In this document: positions 60,341-64,000 of the stretch, piece by piece
Layout: each line of letters begins with the position of its first letter
Numbering within the stretch: position 1 is the first letter of the stretch
Assembly: GCA_950097015.1 (NCBI GenBank)
Contig: CATNEN010000038.1
Span: 14,446,001 to 14,510,000 of the forward strand
Source of the DNA: Macrostomum hystrix
Lineage: Eukaryota; Animalia; Platyhelminthes
Direction of reading: 5' to 3'
Length of the DNA stretch: 64,000 nt
Notes under the pieces: generated by a model
What the model was told of the DNA's origin: nothing
Database searches by the model: none
What the model saw: the letters and a program-made list of their open reading frames with translations, nothing else
Translations under genes and position numbers: made by a program

Positions 60341-62901
60341 GCCAGATACTACTGCTGCAAATAGGGCATTTTTAGCGAACAAAAAATGAAATTATAAATT
60401 ATAAATATAAATTATAAATTATAAATAAATTATTTAATAACTATTCCACAGGTAATTAAAAAAATAAAATATTGTGATTGGTGTAGCTAATAGCTGATCA
60501 ACTAATGTAAATGCAGTGTAACAAATGTTTCTAATAATAGTTTGTTAAATTTATTAAAAAGTTTTCATATGAATAAGACTCAAATATTCTTATTTTAAAC
60601 AAATATTGCTAGTTATGAACTGTAAAAAACTAGTATTAAAAGATGAATAAAAAACTAGCTAACAAGAAACAGTGCTATATGAAATAAATTGTAATAAATT
60701 TGAAAGACTAAAACTAAACATTCTGTTAGCAATAATAACTTCTATAAAAAATAGTAAATTGGATTGTAAAATCTATAAAAATATCAATCAGGTTGCTGTA
60801 TATGATCTGTAAGTTTTTTTGCCTTTGGTTAAATGATAATTTTGAATTGAATTTTTTTGCTAAATTACTTTTTCTATGTGTACAATATAACATTTTTCAG
60901 TGCACCATACTAGCACACACTGGCTTGCAGGTAAATAAACTTTGAAATGCAAATGTATTTTTTCCTTGCATGCACCCAACATGATTTTGACAATGGCACC
61001 TGGCCAGCATGTCAGCATGTTTACTTACTAGCTAGTAGCCATGTATGTATGTATGCTCAGACATTAGTGAGAATAGAGAAAATGGAGAGAATTGCAGCAT
61101 AATCCTAGTTTCGTGTCTTAGTTTATTTTGACAGCAAAAAAACAACATAAAATTAAAACAAGTCAGTCTATAGAAGTCAAAAGTCTGAGTCACCTGAATG
61201 ACCCAACCCTACACACAAATATAATTGAGGGTACCTGCATGTGCACATGTGAAGGCCAAGTTTAGGAACATATATGGCACCAACAACAGCCTAGCAATTT
61301 GAATCTTACCTGAGCGAATGCCTCTGGCATCTTTATCCAGAGAGATCCTTTGGCAACTTCCTCTACTGGGTTGCCCATTATTACCCAGTTTAATGGGGCC
61401 TCTGACTTTTGTCTTTTAACTGCTACAGAATGACTTTTTTAAATTTACTATATAGTTTTTTACCATTAAAATAATTTAATGCCATTGAAAAGGTCAAGCC
61501 ATTCCGAATTCTTATGGAATAGCTTTTTGTGCCTAAAATCAAGAAACTTTAGACGTTTGATAGCAAAAAGCATGAAAGAAGAATAAAGGCTTCCCTTTAG
61601 ACGACTTGAACTAATTAGCCTAGTTAGGTTTAGAATATATGTATGATATTAATTATATTTGTTTACATTGCCATAGGTTCCAAGTACTAAAAGGGCTCAT
61701 CGTAACTAATAACAAATTTTAAGATACTTCAGTCAGAAATTGAAGGAAGGCATGCAGCACCATCTTGGTCATGGTCATGGCTAACATAGCTAGATAAACT
61801 AACTGTATAGTATATACCACCTACATAGATATATAACTACGAGGCATAACAGAATCGTTTATAATTATAACACATTGCTTTGCTTAGGCATTGCTAACTG
61901 TCTAGCATTAGCTGTGGAATTCATTGAACGATTTAGTTGATTATAGCGTCTAGGATGGTAAGCAAGGCAAAAATATAGAGTGAGCATTACATACAGATAG
62001 ATGTTAATAGAAACTTAAGTTTAAATTAGCTAATCTATATAGAGTGCAGTTGCGTAGTTAAATCAGTATACGGAAGAATTATCTAAATTCTATTTCCGCC
62101 TGTGTTAAAACCAATAACTTTTTGAGTTGCTCTTATTAGATTTATTAAATTATTTGTATATTCGTTACAAATACAATAATGCTTTACCAAGCGATTATAT
62201 CTATTCAACTAATATTATTTGTAAAGTTTTAAATTTGTTTAAAATGTTTAGCAATAATAAACTATTTAGATATTTTACGGTGTAGTTAACACTTTATGTA
62301 CATGCTTAAGTTGTCCTTGCACGCACAATATTAGGTTTAGGAGTAAATTTGTCAAATAAGACTTGATTATTTAAGCAATCAAATTAAAGAAAAGAAAACA
62401 CGTATTACACGAGCTGCTATACAGACGCTTGTACCCAGCACATTAAATTAAGTGATGTCTGTATAAAATATATGCATTGGAGGGTAATGCAGTTAAATTT
62501 CCTATAATTTTTAATGATATTTAACAGTTTCATCGACAAAAATAGATGAGATCTTTTAGTCCTTGCTTAAACTTGGCTTTGAAATTAAGAAATGTTCGCT
62601 GATGTAATCAACAGCTTTTTATTTTATTCACTTCGATTTACATCTGTTATTCGAAAAAAAATCAATAAACATCTAGAAACGAATGCTCAACGTTACACAC
62701 ATTATAAATTACACACATAGCTCAATTCTGGGCACACATATAACACTATATATTGAGAGGAATGTCAGAAATAGTACATTTCTGAAGCGCATTTTCAGCT
62801 GTGTAGAATTACAGAATAGTACATTATACAGTTTCAATTAGCTAGTTTAACAGTTGGCTGCGACAAAAATTACGAAAAAAGAAAACGCATGCACACGTAA
62901 G

Positions 62902-64000
62902 CTACTCATAGTAAAGCGCGTGAACAGTACCTACGCAGACAAAATCTCCGGCAGAGACTCGCGCCGTAGCGTAGCTGTCGGTTTCTGGACTGCCAACGCT
63001 GCGACTGGCTACAACGGCCGCCTGGCCGAGTAGCTGCACCGCGGAGACGCTCAACACCAGCTTGTAGCGCCGGCTGTCCAGCTCGCGAAGCTCCCGTCGG
63101 GCCTGGTCGGCGGCCGACTGACAAGCGCTGCGGCATCTGTGGGTAGATGCAATATGGAGTTGCTTTGAAGCTTATATATTTTTAATATATGCTCTAAATA
63201 TATGCGTGCCATGCTCTAAATAAGTAGATGCGTCTAGCGATGAAGATAATTTCTTAGCTTGAACAGTACTTCCGTAACACCAGATTCAGATTGTAGTGGA
63301 TATTGCAGGGAGTATATTTAGTAGTCTCTGGAGATATTGTAGCTCCGTGATAAAAGCTTTAAAGCTACGTGGAGAGAAGTAGCCTAGTGGTTAGAGCATC
63401 TGACTCATGGCTTGAAGGTCGGATGTTCGATTCCCGGCTCCACTGAAACACTTTAGCAAGAAACTTAATTTCGAATTGTTTGAGGCTTTAAATGAAGTAT
63501 ACCAGCCGGGTAGAAATTCTGGTTGGTGTGGAAACCTCTCTAACCCCGTGGACTGAACAGCTGTACATGGCAATTTAACAGGTGCGACTATTTCTCTTAC
63601 CTGGCCGCATCGTATTTTTGGCCGACGCTGGCCACAGCGGACTCCAGCACGGAGGTGAGAATTTCAGTAGCCTGGCGGCAGTTGAACCGGCCGTTCTCGT
63701 CCGGCCGCATTCGGTAGGTGTTCTCCAGCAGAGCCGGCTGCTGCTTGCCGTGGTCGCCTAGCAACAGGCTCGGACCGGCCAGCGTGCCCAGCCGGCCGCG
63801 AGTCTGACGACCGAGGCCTCCAACGCGAGACATCCGACGGCCGTGACCGCCGCCGGCTCCGGCGCCAACGTTGCTAGGCAACGGGGCGAGCAAGTCGTCG
63901 GAGCCGGCGTTGGACGCCTTGCGCTGCTGCTGCTGCATGGCAGCCAGTTCCACCTCGGTCATCTCCTGGAGTGCCTGTTCTTGGTGTCCAGCAATCGATT
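62902..64000 (-). CDS. Tctex-1 domain dynein light chain (TCTEX1D1/DYNLT5-like), probably 5'-partial; exons >64000-63601 and 63136-62902
   Basis: LENTYRMRP...F, then after an ag|gtaaga...cacag|a phase-2 intron: CRSACQSAADQARRELRELDSRRYKLVLSV...SRSVGSPETDSYA...VGTVHALYYE*, the Tctex-1 signature. The frame stays open to the window edge. Confidence 0.88.
63376..63570 (+). mobile_element. SINE family B, internally deleted copy in the Tctex-1 intron
   Basis: gtagcctagtggttagagc...gttcgattccc...gtggactgaacagctgtac. Confidence 0.72.

Overview
Eukaryotic (animal) genomic DNA, rich in introns and minisatellites. The repeat landscape suggests a free-living flatworm such as Macrostomum, but that is inference only. 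The main result is not resolved by the supplied ORF track: between ~10.8 and 41.5 kb lies a tandem cluster of 12 small, spliced, paralogous loci (11 apparently intact genes of 49-100 aa, plus 1 pseudogene). They encode Cys/His-rich proteins without signal peptides, built from one or two copies of a CC-x(2-13)-C-x2-C-x(6-23)-CC[CH]-x-H module. Every intron is GT-AG and phase 2, two paralogues end in CaaX boxes, and I do not recognise the family. The window also holds two adjacent internally deleted Tc1/IS630-like transposons, an intronless DEG/ENaC channel gene, and a Crypton-type tyrosine-recombinase element whose ORF is broken by one 8-bp duplication. Further right are a calmodulin-like gene with a C-terminal extension, an 8-exon gene for a predicted GPI-anchored protein with two GPR158/179-like ectodomains and no 7TM, and the 3' part of a Tctex-1 dynein light chain gene. 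Two tRNA-derived SINE families, LINE fragments and about 17 minisatellite arrays fill the rest. All gene models were assembled by hand from splice signals and reading-frame continuity; none has been checked against RNA data or databases.
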